A stretch of DNA of 64,000 nt from Octopus sinensis (taxonomy: Eukaryota): the NCBI RefSeq assembly GCF_006345805.1, contig NC_043018.1:21948001-22012000 (forward strand). The letters run 5' to 3'. Made by a program: the position numbers and the translations under genes. Of this stretch, positions 63,138 to 64,000 are shown piece after piece. The stretch's first letter is position 1. Every line of letters begins with the position of its first letter. The notes beneath the pieces were generated by a model, which saw only the letters and a program-made list of their open reading frames with translations, was not told the DNA's origin and made no database searches.

Positions 63138-63650
63138 CTAGCAGTATCGCCCGGCGTTGCTCGGGTTTGTAAGGGAAATAACTAGATAAGCATTTTTAGA
63201 GAGTTACTTCCTTTATAGATGCCAATTCGGGCTTTCTTAGCCATTTCTGTTTTGGTGTCTTCAAGCCATGAAGTCGTTGTTCTAAAAGAACGCTGGTCTC
63301 CTTGACAACGCTTTACGACGTTGATTTCCTTACACTCCCTTCCCCACAGCTTCACGAGGGAGGGAAGAAGGGGGAGAAGCACACAGGTGCAGGTGTGACC
63401 ATGGACGCCAACTCCGCCGCCATCGACACACGAAAAATTATGCATTAAAATGGAATAAAAAATTATGTTAAATTATTTTTAAAATCGTAGACTCATCGTA
63501 GACGCGCGCTAATACTCAGACGAGCTCGATATTAATCACGACTATAAGATACCCGAATTTGGTTAAACTGCACCGCAAAATGTGGGAGGAGTTAGGAATC
63601 TAAATCGTAGGAGACAGACACTCACACAACTACAGTTTTATATATATAGA
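63138..63650 (-). mobile_element. Non-autonomous Helitron
   Basis: A|TCTATATATATAAAA...CCCGAGCAACGCCGGG...CTAG|T; same ends as 5106-5499 but a different middle. Confidence 0.75.
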
Positions 63651-64000
63651 TTTTCGTAAGATAAAGAAAATAGCGAAAGCTACTGTGTGTATATCATGAA
63701 ACATTCTCTAAGATGGCTCCACTGTATTATAAAAATAATAGTTTTCGTGTCCATTAAATGGTAATTACCGTATATATTCGACTATAAAACGCACTTATAA
63801 GACACACCTCCGATTTACTGGGTTCAAATCGGGTATTTTATCACTGATCCGACTGTAAGTCGCAGCGACTTTTTCGATGGTGGAGAGCAAAGTTCGATTA
63901 GGAATCGCGTCGACATTGTTCTTGTTCGGTAACTGTTGTGCCATTAAGTCCATGCATTTTAGAAATCGTTGTTTATAATGTAAAATGTTATCCTTTTCGG

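Overview
Eukaryotic, AT-rich, microsatellite- and SINE-dense DNA. The repeat families and the ferritin sequence point to a coleoid cephalopod, most likely an Octopus species (inference). The only intact protein-coding gene found is a 4-exon, 171-aa H-type (soma) ferritin on the minus strand: CDS join 49456-49560, 34694-34840, 33300-33425, 31326-31463. It has a cap-proximal iron-responsive element, a compact TATA / E-box / kB-like / CCAAT promoter and a 14.6-kb first intron. The rest is repetitive: at least four SINE families, decayed L1/Tx1, CR1, Hero-like, RTE, Penelope-like, Gypsy and mariner fragments, non-autonomous Helitrons, two families of GG-terminal TIR elements with 8-bp TSDs clustered upstream of ferritin, and minisatellites. 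Nearly all ORFs in the supplied track are artefacts of simple repeats or SINEs. The most notable observations are a diverged copy of ferritin's own 3' UTR inside intron 1, minimal hammerhead-ribozyme motifs in Penelope-type terminal repeats, an ARE-like core overlapping the IRE, and three insertions flanked by abnormally long duplications (41, 43 and about 355 bp, the last with a micro-inversion). I cannot support a claim of a wholly new biological system. All analysis was by eye; repeat boundaries are approximate.
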